DNA of 64,000 bases from Laetmonice hystrix (Eukaryota): the NCBI GenBank assembly GCA_965235115.1, contig OZ249437.1, forward strand, positions 8,308,001 through 8,372,000, given 5' to 3'. The notes under the pieces are model-generated. The model saw only the letters and a program-made list of their open reading frames with translations. It made no database searches and was not told where the DNA came from. Shown here piece by piece: positions 49,828 through 61,838 of this stretch. The position numbers and the translations under genes are program-made. Numbering within the stretch: position 1 is the first letter of the stretch; each line of letters opens with the position of its first letter.

Positions 49828-51422
49828 TGACCATACATCGGACCGATATAACTACTACAGGCTTTTTTTTTTGGGGGGGGGGGCATTTTTGGGTGGGGGC
49901 TGTTACGTAAACCCTGCGGTAGAGGTAAGAGAGTTTCTAGCGAGCCTCGAAACTTCCGTGTCTTGTGGAACTGGGCCTTTAGGATCACATCCAACTGTGC
50001 CTCTGGCATGGCTGCCCCGCCCTTGTCTGACTAGACAAAAAGGAAGTTGTTGTCTTTCCTACACAGCCAGTACCAGGTGAACAATGAACAGGTAATGATG
50101 AACGACCTAGCAGGTTTGTGCTGGTAGAGATGAAGGTATGTATGGAGGCCAGGTGCATTCCAGGAACTACACAGGACGGCATGTTCAAAGGTCTCAGATT
50201 GAGCAACCAATCAATGGTGACATATGTTGGGTCCCGACAGGCTGAGTTTGAGCCAAGACCACAACTCCCGTTTCCCTTCTATAGAGGCTAGGTCGGAAAA
50301 TGTTCACAGTTTGGGGGGTGGGGGTGCGATGCCAAGCCCCCCCCCCCTCCCTCAAGTCAAGAGTTCAGGTTCAGGTTGCGCCCCCCTTTTGTTCCCCCGG
50401 TACTGGCGCCTAACATGTATAAACATGTATGTGATACAATACTACTACCTATCCTGTAAGATTTAGATACATATAAACGATCCATGAAAGGCAATATATT
50501 ATGTTTATGAAAAACCTAGCTTCGATCCTCAAAACATTAGAAGCCTCTTTGCGTACTTGGCCTTGGGTATCATTGCAATTTTTCAAACACATAAACTTGG
50601 ATACAGCCTTCATGAAAGCTGCCAACAGTTTTCTGCCCGGGTCATCATACCGATAGAGGATGGAACCATTTCCCAGAGCAAGCATGCTATCAACATTTTG
50701 GAAATGATTTCAATGAAATGATTTTAGGTGATGTGTCCCAGCGTCCTATACTCTGTTGATACTTGGCCGCAGCCTCGCCCATCCCAGCCACGACTTTCCT
50801 GGCTCCCTTCCTGCCTATGTCCGTAACGATGTGTTTTTCAGAAGGTACTTCACTGCACTGGCAGTGGGATTTCATGGCATACTGAACAACAACAACAAAA
50901 ATATTCTAGGAATAGATGCGGTTGATGCAGCTAAACTGAAGTTTACTGGCAGTCGAAGTCCGGTTACTTGTATCATTTCACTGTTATAGTGTCGGTGCAA
51001 ATATTGACAAATCACTAGTTTTAGAACTCGTGATATCCTGGTCGGAGAACCTAGCCACAAAAACAGCGGCACTGGAAACACCAAGGACTAGCCGCAGTGT
51101 CTCGGGCTACAGGTAGTAGGGTGCAGTTGGCCGTGCAAGAAGTGTACTGATCTGTGAACGGATAGCTTTTGAAGGCAACTGTTGTGTTGGAGCTCAGCAT
51201 TTGTTACGTTCGCAGCTAACCACTAATTTTCTTGAATCAAGTCCAGAACACATGATAAGCAGACAATCAACCCGCCTTATTCGTCCAATACCTGTATGAA
51301 GATGTTGTGCTTGTGTACTCGGCAATTTCAAGCAATGATTGCCTTGTGCCTGAACTTTATTTTGGCTTAACATAACTTAATAAAGACGGTGGGTGTCTTG
51401 TTATGTGACGACCGCATACAGA

Positions 51423-51618
51423 NNNNNNNNNNNNNNNNNNNNNNNNNNNNNNNNNNNNNNNNNNNNNNNNNNNNNNNNNNNNNNNNNNNNNNNNNNNNNN
51501 NNNNNNNNNNNNNNNNNNNNNNNNNNNNNNNNNNNNNNNNNNNNNNNNNNNNNNNNNNNNNNNNNNNNNNNNNNNNNNNNNNNNNNNNNNNNNNNNNNNN
51601 NNNNNNNNNNNNNNNNNN
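51423..51618. other. Assembly gap (196 N)
   Basis: Run of n characters. Confidence 1.
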
Positions 51619-52844
51619 GTTTCCCTAAGCCTGAAAGCTGCCTGTCTGATTGTAAAATGGGTCACGGAGACGGAAGTGACGCAGACACAGTCAGGCGTAA
51701 ACCGGAAGTGGGGGATGAGGATTACAGGTGACGCGGGAAGACTTTGAGTGGTCAAGAATGTCAGGGTAAAAGGTTACTGTCCATTTGGCAAAAAGAAAGG
51801 GAAGCATTTACGAGATTCTGTACGAGTTGCTGCCATTCCTGGAGACCGTTATCCTGGTCTCTGAAGTTGAGCGTGTGCGTACGCGTGTGCGTGCGAGGAC
51901 AAAAAATACACTAATGATAACTAGCTTTGAAGTTATCGGTGACAGCGTCTGTTTTGCTGCAATAATCGATCTAATCCAGGATCTAATCAAAGAGATAGAA
52001 ATCCTAGGGTCATGTTCGGAAGGTTGTCAACGGAAAACTGGAAGACTAGACGGGTAAATGGAGTCCCCTAACAAAGCCAGCTTCAAAGAACCCACCTTTG
52101 TGTTTTTCGGTTCCTTCTTTTAATAGCATGAACTCTCAGTAACATGAGAGTTGCGGAAAACACGATTACTGAGATTTATAAGACATACCAACGGGAAATA
52201 ATAGCTTTGTGAATACGTGCGGTTAGGTCTCGAGGAGAAACGACCCCTTACACCAGAGAAGTACAGAAATGTCTCCAAGAGACCACAGATCATGACAGGT
52301 TCCGTCCCGTACAGTAATACTGTAAGGCACACACCATTTCCCTTTTATTGGAGATGCGGACGGATAATCAAATAGTTTCAGACGTAATCAATGAGAAACA
52401 CGGCACACTGAGGCGTGTTTTACTATACTACTTGAGGTGGCCCAGGTTCGCGCATCTCCTGGCAAAAAGCAAGACAAATCTTGGCCAGGCGCGCAAGCAG
52501 TTCTTATTGATTTGTTGAGAAGATGGAGGCAGTTGACTTCTACGTAAAAAAATTATTCGGAACAATTTATCCGGCATGTAGAAAGTTTCGTTTATCACAT
52601 AGATATTATTGTCATGATGTCTATCAAATAAAAAGTGTGCCCCCTACACGTATTTCCTCTTAGATTGAATTCCCCGTCCTTTGGTACCAGGCGATGTATT
52701 TGATTCTGTCTTCCAGTAGATATATATTTTCCTTACCCTGTTAGTTTACTCATTTTGAAGATACCTTTTCATTTTTGAATTTTAAAAAAAAAATATTGCC
52801 GATTGATTTATCGCTTGTCTGACAGTGTGCAGAACCTATGACAT

Positions 52845-53270
52845 TATAAATTGCGGCGTGCTTGAGTTACACAGGACTTTTACGTTCGTGTACACTCCAG
52901 ATAAAACTAACAGTGTAAACATTGCGGCGTGCTTGAATGGGTTACACATGACTTGTACGTTCGTGTACACTCCAGATAAAACTAACAATGTTAACATTGC
53001 GGCGTGCTTGAATGGGTTACACAGGCCTTGTACGTTCGTGTACACTCCAGATAAAACTAACAATGTATAAACATTGCGGCGTGCTCGAATGGGTTACACA
53101 GGCCTTGTACGTTCGTGTACACTCCAGATAAAACTAACAATGTATAAACATTGCGGCGTGCTTGAATGGGTTACACAGGCCTTGTACGTTCGTGTACACT
53201 CCAGATAAAACTAACAATGTATAAACATTGCGGCGTGCTTGAATGGGTTACACAGGCCTTGTACGTTCGT
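52845..53270. repeat. 72-77 bp tandem repeat, ~5.6 copies
   Basis: ttgcggcgtg starts at 52851, 52923, 52997, 53074, 53151 and 53228. Confidence 0.95.
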
Positions 53271-53280
53271 GGAAACGGCT

Positions 53281-53378
53281 AGCGCATGCCTACACGGTCT
53301 TAGTGCCTGCCTACGCAGTCTTAGTGCCTGCTTAGGCAGTCTTAGCGTATGCCTACACGGTCTTAGCGCGTGCCTACA
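53281..53378. repeat. 21-bp degenerate tandem repeat, ~4-5 copies
   Basis: ttag(t/c)g(c/t)(c/a)tgcctac(a/g)cggtc modules. Confidence 0.85.
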
Positions 53379-54173
53379 AGGTCCACCTTCTGTACGTAAA
53401 CAAGCACGTGTGAGAAATGGGCGTGTTTGTATTCTCCGACTGTCAAAGTCATGTTGCTTTTTCTTCACTCGGGATGGTGATATTTAGCGCTGTTTGTTTG
53501 GAAAATAATTTAACTGGAAGACAACATCATAGAAACAACAGAAGAATTATGATATAAGGCCCTTAGAAATTCCCTTTTAACAAAGAGGGGACTGGTATTT
53601 TGCGTGACAGAAGAACTCTCGCCAGCTGCTCCTCAACACCTAGCTTGTTCGAACATTATGCAGTCAGCGTGGAAACGTAGAGTTTTGAATCAGACGCCGA
53701 TTTGGTGCAGGTGTTATATTGAATTGTTCTCGCGATCATACTGGTAGCAACGATCCAGTTTGTCGCCGTCAATGGAAGAGCTCAGCTGAATGATGGAAGG
53801 ATCGATTACCAGGTTGCATTTTCTCTAACTAAACATGCCGTGGGAACCATTGAAACGTGGAATTAACAATTATTGCGGAAAGAATCAGGAAGACCAGTTG
53901 TCCACAGGTTTCATGCAGAAGGTATTGAAGTAACAATACATGTTACACCGCGACTCTGTCGTTACAATAAGAGACAATGACACTTTGATTATTAGTATTC
54001 ATACCGCCCTAGCTGTCCACAGTCGCTGTAACTCAATTAACAGATTCACACTTCATTAGTACTAAAGACGACCATGCGTCAGTCAGGTAGCGGTGTCGTC
54101 TGGCGACTCGAGAATGGCGGGAAGATGTCCTATGTAGTGCGTTAACTGTGCACACCCGCTCATCCCCGACATA

Positions 54174-55032
54174 CAGGGTGGCCCACAAAAATCTACCCAT
54201 TTTTCTTTGTTGATATTTTCAAGGAAAATAAATATTTTCTTTTCATTTTAAGGTGAACTGTTAACACGACCAGTCGAATTTGTGTGATACGAAAATTGAC
54301 GCAGTACATCAATTTTCGGGGCACGAAAGGACAAAGATTCTTGAAAGCTATTTTTCAACAAAATCAGTGGTTGTAACACGGAGGGCATTTCGGAAGAAAT
54401 TTCCTGGGAGAAAGGTTACATGCAGAAAAACCATAACGAAGACGACTGTCTCAGGATGTTGGCATCTCAAGGGCAACTGTGCAAGAGTAATTCATAATGA
54501 CTTAAAATTGTTTCCTTATAAGGTGCAAATCCTCCAGAAACAAAGTGATTCAAATAAAAGAGAACGGGTCTAATTTTGCCAGAGCACTAGTGAAAGAATT
54601 GAGAACAACCCAGGTGTTCTCGACTTGATTCTATTCAGTGATGAAGCCCATTTCCATCTGAGTGGGCATGTCAACAAACAAAACATGCGGTTTGGGGCAT
54701 CTCAACAGCCCCATGAACATTTCCCACACAGCCAGTGTTCCTCAATTTCTCTACAATGTTGAATGTTCATTATCATTTTTCTGCATGGAACCTTTCTCCC
54801 AGGAAATTCCCTCCGAAATGCCCTCCGTGTTACAACCACTGATTTGGTTGAAAAGTAGCTTTCAAGAATCTTTGTCCTTTCGTGCACTGAAAATTGATGT
54901 ACTGCGTCCTTTTTGGTTTCACACAAATTCAACTGGTCTTGTTAACAGCTCACCTGAAAATTAAAAGAAAATATTTATTTTCCTTGAAAATATCAACAAA
55001 GAAAAATGGGTAGATTTTTGTGGGCGACCCTG
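54174..55032 (+). mobile_element. Internally deleted Tc1/mariner element of the rosa (DD41D)-like group with ~260-bp TIRs
   Basis: TA|CAGGGTGGCCCACAAAAA ... TTTTTGTGGGCGACCCTG|TG. One frame reads FSGHERTKILESYFSTKSVVVTRRAFRKKFP (DUF4817-like N-terminal HTH) ... DLKLFPYKVQILQ...*...ILFSDEAHFHLSGHVNKQNMRF, the first catalytic Asp motif typical of rosa-like transposases. The second and third catalytic residues are missing. Confidence 0.85.
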
Positions 55033-56652
55033 TGCACGTACCACAAACTTCGTCTGCCCCCACAAACGAGTAAAACCCTCGGAGCGTTCATGGTAAAACT
55101 GCCGCCATGAAGACAACCAAAAACTATTAGGATGCTGTCGTATATTGTTTTTGTGACATGGAGCTTTTATACAAGGCCGCTGCAATCGTTGTCAGTAGAT
55201 CTAATGATAAACCAATAGACGAACCACTCCGACCGTCCGAATATACCTGCATTACTGGGTTCAAGTGGTTGGTGTGATCGGCACGTGTATACAGGAGGTC
55301 AAAGTTAAACATTACATTGGTTTTATTGTTACCCATATATAATAGACTGAAGTATGAATATAGTATATCTGTATCTGATGACATTTTAAAGACTTCGTTT
55401 ATGTCTACATTTAATGTACAACGGGCAAACATACCCATGATTTTCATGATACTCGCGGTGCGACGCGCTAAATACGGCCCTTTAAGTGGAAGGCTATTTT
55501 TGACACTCCATGTAGGAGTCTCCTCAAAGGAACCATTCCTGGCATTCTGGTAGATAAACTCCGGGTTCCCAAGGGATTAAATATATAAGTGAGCATTTGC
55601 CCAACCTCTGCTTGGAGTAGTACGCCTTAATTTAGCCAAAGATTGCGGCTGAGGCTGTTGTGCTGGGAGAAATCGTCTGGGGGGACAGTAAACGGTGGCG
55701 ACAGACATCAGACGTGAGGATATTCACAAAGTGTTTTTGTCGTAGTGTGGTGAATCTTCACTGCAGGCCTCCATCTGTAGATAGGTGAGGAGAGGCTGGT
55801 GCCTCGCGGAGATTGACAGGAAATCTTGACGTTGTCCGAGCTGCCAACTGCAGCCGTATCGGAACGTAATTCGGATTGATTTTGTACGAAAAGTCTCCGT
55901 GTCAAACAGAAGTGAAAAGACATGTGTGTGGGTAACTATAACCAGGCCCATGTCGTCAGAACTGTTGCTTGTGAACTGGAGAAGTCAATCAGTGTGACCT
56001 TCGGGTCACAGTGAATGTCAACAGTAAATAAAGCCATGCCGTATGGTCTGTCACATTACATCAAAATCGGCTAGATTTACATACAATACCCAGAGTACCC
56101 AGTTCATACATCCCACTCAGTTTATTAATCCGTCATGACTACTGATTTCTTATATTTATTGATAAACAAAACCTGATTGTGACATTAGTTCATCTTACAC
56201 CTTAAGTATCATTATAATGCCAAAAGGACGTCAAATCAACAATTCACCACCCCACCACTATAATACCCGTGTCACACTTAACCCCAGGAATCGCCTTGAA
56301 GCCAATTTATGCGCATTCTAGGATCATTTAGACTCTCTATCTAATACGCATTATGACCGAATTCTTTGTATGTCAGTTCGCATTGATGTCAATGATGTGG
56401 ATTTTGTAGCAGATCGCTGTGTTTGATCGCAGATCGCAGTTTGTATTGAGAAAGGGCTTACATGTTAATTACTTCATTCAGACAACGTAATTGTGGCATT
56501 TGTTGCCCTGAGGTAAATGCTGGTGTTTCATTTGGTTTACGAAACATTATTTGCCGTGTGGGTTTTCCATCCCTTCAATCATATATACTACCAGGGGCCA
56601 CATCTGTTACAACAAAACAAAAATCTCTTGACAGGTTTGCTTTTACTCCATG

Positions 56653-56720
56653 TAAATTGACAATAATCCACCTGAATTGACAATAATCCACCTGAATTGA
56701 CAATAATCCATGTAAATTGA
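56653..56720. repeat. 20-bp tandem repeat x3
   Basis: aattgacaataatccacctg. Confidence 0.85.
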
Positions 56721-57166
56721 CTATCTTCGCAATCAGTCAAGGTTCATGTGACCAGAACTGTGAATACTTCACGGATACACAGAAATGTAATCAAGACTTT
56801 ACAAATTCTCCTTACATGTATCATCTGTCCTGTGTGTTTGAAACGTTTCCATTTGGCATGAAGCCAGGTAGACAGTAACACGGTACTTCAGATTGATTCT
56901 GACAAAAAAACGGATGGATGTAGGAGATTTTTAATATGTGCTGCCTACTTCATACCTGTCGACGTTATGCGGACTGTCATTCAGTGTTTGACGATATCAC
57001 GGTGGTCTTTCTGACAGGTGACACAAGTAGATCTGAGGATGACCTCGCTTCAAATAGACGTGTGATTGTTAACGCAAACTAAAGGCCCAACCTGAAATTG
57101 GATTTCTCGACTGATTTACCACATACTGTAAATATTCTGGCTGAAAAATTTGTTTTACTGTGCAGA

Positions 57167-57344
57167 GGCCAGTTGCATGACTCTCCGTTCGTTAATTCCC
57201 CCACGTATTTTCAATGAGAATTCTAACGAACGGACATTCATGCATTAGGGCCAGTTGCATGACTGTCCGCTCGTAAACATTCTCATTGAAGTATGAATAT
57301 AGTACATGGGGAAATTAACGAACGGAGAGTGTAGAAATTGGGCC
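57167..57344. mobile_element. Double-hairpin miniature element (two hairpin MITE units sharing a central GGCC)
   Basis: Four ~30-bp modules (GGCCAGTTGCATGACTCTCCGTTCGTTAA type) in > < > < orientation. Confidence 0.7.
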
Positions 57345-58464
57345 GGAGCAGTAGAATTTACAAACTAATAACTGACTGCAACAAGAGCAATTATTGTACC
57401 GTTCTTCACATTTTTTGAGAAAAACACCTAATGGAGCATATAAAGATCGTACGCATCCATCCTTTGTAATTGTGATTCATAAGGGGAAGTTTCTGCCTGG
57501 CTCCCGCCATATAATTATATTATGGTGTCTTAAATTCGTGTTACACATTTCACAACAAACATAGTGTTCTGATCGCTTTTTGATAGTGTAGTCCATCTTG
57601 ATTTTGACGTTTTTAAAAGAGATATAACTGGGTGAATAAAAATCAGCTGTAGTTGAATCCAGGAAGTCACTGTATGCATTTATTTCTTAGTCGTGACGTC
57701 ACAAAAACACTATAACATAAGAAGATGTCACAATGGCACATTATTAAATTGGATTGTGAAATTAAATCATAGCTTTGCCTTCAGTTTACCACAAATACAA
57801 TTCTGGATTTGAACATATCATTGCAGGCCAAACACATTTCATTCGTAAGCCATTCCTGCAAGTTTCCCTTTCATGGACTGTGTACAGGCTACACGAATTA
57901 AAGGTCAAGTACACAGAAAAGTAGAGTTATAAATCCAGGAGAATGGATGAGCACATCATATCCTGAGCGAACGCTGGGTAATGCCGGGAAAACGCGATCG
58001 AGAGCAATTTGTTAATGGCCATTCGATGGCTGACGTACTTGTAACACTAGAAATCTGTTCTTAACCATGCGAAATGTTGAAAGAAATAACAAAGTGAGTG
58101 GGTGGGCAGACGGTGGCGGCTTCAGCCGACGCATTCTTCAGATGGGGGTGAAGGGCTTACCTTCATCACTTTTAAAGGCTTTGAATACTCCTGTGGTAAC
58201 AATAACTGTGTTTTTATCTGACAAATATTGAGAGCATCAGGTGAAGGAAGAGTGTCAGAGGACTCAGTTGACCGTAAGATCGCAGTCAATTTGTTATATC
58301 CTCGGCACCAGATCTCGAGATTAGCATCATTGGTACGATGGAAGTGTATGAAACGGTTGATGTTGAATCATCGACTTCCATGTGCCTGCTGCTGGCTGTA
58401 GATCATATCGAAGAAGTCAGTGGTTCTACAGACAGTCAAAATGGTCTGCGCTTAACGTCGTTAT

Positions 58465-58630
58465 CTGGTGTGAACGGAATCCAAGTCCCCCTGAAATACA
58501 GGTCCGACAGACCTGCTATCCCTGAAGTACAAGTCCGACGGACCTGCATTCCTAGGACTTGAAGTCCGTGATGTTGTATTGTATACATATTTCTTCATAA
58601 TCCTATCCCTAATCATTGTAGTTCTTAACC
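58465..58630 (-). mobile_element. MITE family A, copy 2 (partial, inverted, one extra internal sub-repeat)
   Basis: Matches the reverse complement of 63720-63864: ggacctgcattcctaggacttgaagtccgtgatgttgtatt. Confidence 0.85.
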
Positions 58631-59280
58631 TTGCACAGAGTGTACACGATCGGGCATCTTTATGAGATTCGTACATCTCGATTTGCGCCCTCAAGGTATT
58701 TACGATCTGCCCCCCCCCCCCTTTGCACTTTCAAAATCAGTTGATTTCCACGTGTATGCCTACAAAACACGTGACGTGTTGCTTGTTGTATGTGGCGCCA
58801 TCTGTTTCGTTTTATCTCACTCTGTATCAATAAAGGCGTGCACAGTTGCAATGTATAAAACAACTTGACGACTTAGGTTTCAGTATAATTCTTGATATTA
58901 TGTTCTGTCAATCCCAACTCGTCTAAGGGAAGGACAACGTTCGCCCCTCCCTCTGCCTGTCTACCTCTGTCTGTCTGTCTCTATCTCTGTCTCTCTCTGT
59001 CTCTGTCTAATACAAGACGCGGTATTGGAGTTCTATCGAAAACTACACGCCTCAAGTTACAGTGTATTCTGGGAGGTTGTCTTTTGAGGCAGAGTTCGTC
59101 TTCGTCATATTTCTAATTAGGGACTCGTCATTCTTATATTTGGACATTCGGGGGAGGTATATGACAGACAGCTTTCTGAAATGATCATTTGCCGTACAAG
59201 GCTATAGAAACATCCTTTCTGTGTGCTGTTGTTGTGCTGATATTAGTGGTATTTAATGTCTCTGTCATGCTGTGTTTCAG

Positions 59281-59358
59281 GCATTAAAAAGTTGCGCTTC
59301 AAACCGGCCTACAATCCTTACACGGAGCCCAGCATGGAAATCTTCAGCTACCATGAGG
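59281..59358 (+). CDS. FARSA: Phenylalanyl-tRNA synthetase alpha subunit, next internal exon (78 nt)
   Basis: Acceptor gctgtgtttcag| and donor GAGG|gtaggt. Phase-1 join to the previous exon gives [27 protein letters not shown], matching eukaryotic PheRS-alpha (human [27 protein letters not shown]). Confidence 0.97.
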
Positions 59359-59469
59359 GTAGGTCACCATCCATTACCGAACCAACTATTACTTCATAAT
59401 CCGCGAAATCTATTTTTACTAGAATGGTATACTTTAGGCATAGGTTTTGTAAATATTTTCTCGGAAAAT

Positions 59470-59796
59470 AGATAAGCGTCCACATGCTCCCGGCTTGCGG
59501 CGTACGGCGATTTTCATTTGTTACATTATTTGCGCAGGCCGTGTGTATGTGAAAGCACCTTTACACGTTAACCATGTACAGTATTATGAAGTCAAAACTT
59601 GGAGAGCGAAAATGTTATTATAAGTTACAATTTATACATTGTGTTGTTATAAGTTACAATTTAAACATAATGTACCACGTCGATCACCCCATGCAATGGG
59701 TGACTCTATACGATGATATTAAATAATATAATATGATAAAAATATATCGTAAAAATGAAAATCGGCGGACTGTGTGGACCAGCATTATGTGCCCCT
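59470..59796. mobile_element. Degenerate Kolobok-type element just downstream of the FARSA exon
   Basis: The right end ATGTGCCCCT|TTAC resembles the 33796 element terminus. Subterminal inverted pair CGATTTTCATTT (59508) / AAATGAAAATCG (~59753). The left terminus is eroded. Confidence 0.4.
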
Positions 59797-61038
59797 TTAC
59801 GCAGTCTTAGTGAAGAGAACGTATGACTTAGGTACCAATCCCTTCAAGAAACAAGCGCAAGTAACGCCCCCAGATTTATGGAACTTTTATAATCATATTC
59901 GAGTCAGCAGAAGTAAATTATTGGAGAAAATTTAATCATCTGTTTAGCGGTGATAACTACAGTAGCACCGCGGGAAAGTGCTCTTAGCGTAGGTTACAGC
60001 CTACTGCATCCACTACCTGCTGACGGGCACCAGCGAATTGAACACTCTTTCTAGTTTGAAAGTAAAAAACAACTGTAAATTAAGTCAGATACATTTTTGC
60101 TGGAAGGGGATTTCCAGCTCTCAGCTCTAGAAATCCCTTCATTCATTTATTGCGCCAAATGTGCAACATGTTTGGGGCTTGACATTTTTGATGAACATTG
60201 GTAATTATGAAGTTAGTCACGGCTGCATTCAGGTACATTACTGGCAATTATTATCGTAGCGGTGTCGGGGTATGTAATTTACTTGAAAGATTGGTATGAT
60301 CAGTCGTGGCAGCTTCCCCATGTCTACTCGGCAGTGCCAGGCACAATGACGGACAGCGATAATGACATATAAGTATAAGGTGTGAAAACATGCCTTCTGA
60401 GAGCTGTGACTAATGAGTCTAACGGACGGGTAACACGAGTTGTCATTATTAAAATTATATTTTAATCTCAGCACATGTTAGCACTTGGAAAATGTTGCCG
60501 TATAGTTTTTGTTCGTGCTGGAATATCAGCTGGAGATGCTGATTGCGGACATAGAAGTTAATGGTAAAAGAATGATGAAGGAAGTTCTGTTGGGCCTGGA
60601 ATATATTTTCTCGTACAACAGTGAGTTGGGGTAACTTAACTGTGATGCGTGATTATGACTGCACTAAAATCCAACTCTTCTTTAGATTACTAATGAAGCT
60701 TTGCCGTAATAAGGAGACAATTAGCAATCAGAGCTGATATTTACAAGTGGAGTCATGTCACATTCAATCCATAATTACTAACAATCTGTGCAGCTTTTCC
60801 CTTCTGCTGTCAAAAGGATGCAATCATTGACCGTCCAGGCATTAACGGTCCCTGTAGAGCATGGAATGCTGGCTATTGTTCACATTTTTACGACTTATTC
60901 CCTGCCCAGATATCGGATCGAGGCCAGCACTGTATAGATATTCGTATAGAGTAATCCTCACAACGTTTGTGTTTGACATCGGAGCTGTGTCTGTTTTACG
61001 TCTGAGTTGATTTCATTGGTCACAAAACCAACATCTAA

Positions 61039-61838
61039 GTCGGGGTTATCGTGTTAGCTGTGGAACATGAGCGATAACTTGGCCCGTTGGTGTCGGTTAT
61101 ACAGTCGGTCAGAGAGCAATCAATCCTATATGGTACCTGTGTTAAATAAACACACAGTATGACCGTCAGGGTTATCGTGTTAGGAGTGAAACATGAGGGA
61201 TAACTTGGCCCGTCAGTGTCCGTTATACAGTCGGCCAGAGAGCATTCAATCCTATGTTATATCAACATATGGTACCTATGTTAAATAAACACACAGTATG
61301 ACCGTCGGGGTTATCGTGTTAGGAGTGAAACATGAGCGATAACTTGTCCCGTTGGTGTCCATTATACAGTCGGTCAGAGAGCAATCAATCCTATGTTATA
61401 TCAACATATGGTACCTATGTTAAATAAACACACAGTATGACCGTCAGGGTTATCGTGTTAGGAGTGAAACATGAGCGATAACTTGGCCCGTTGGTGTCGG
61501 TTATACAGTCGGCCAGAGAGCAATCAATCCTATATGGTACCTGTGTTAAATAAACACACAGTATGACCGTCGGGGTTATCGTGTTAGCTGTGGAACATGA
61601 GCGATAACTTGGCCCGTTGGTGTCCGTTATACAGTCGGCCAGAGAGCAATCAATCCTATGTTATATCAACATATGGTACCTGTGTTAAATAAACACACAG
61701 TATGACCGTCAGGGTTATCGTGTTAGGAGTGGAACATGAGCGATAACTTGGCCTGTTGGTGTCCGTTATACAGTCGGCCAGAGAGCAATCAATCCTATAT
61801 GGTACCTATGTTAAATAAACACACAATATGACCATCCG
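61039..61838. repeat. Satellite-like array, ~126-140 bp unit, 6 copies
   Basis: Unit gggttatcgtgttag...catgagcgataacttggcccgttggtgtc(c/g)gttatacagtcgg(c/t)cagagagcaatcaatcctat(gttatatcaacat)atggtacct(a/g)tgttaaataaacacacagtatgaccgtc. Confidence 0.96.

Larger units (their letters stand above)
25353..59280 (+). other. FARSA: FARSA intron, 33,928 bp, GT-AG
   Basis: Bounded by two exons that join in frame with no missing residues relative to the human protein. Confidence 0.92.

Noticed and set aside
51357-51755. ORFs spanning the X run
   Set aside because: Artefacts of the N gap.
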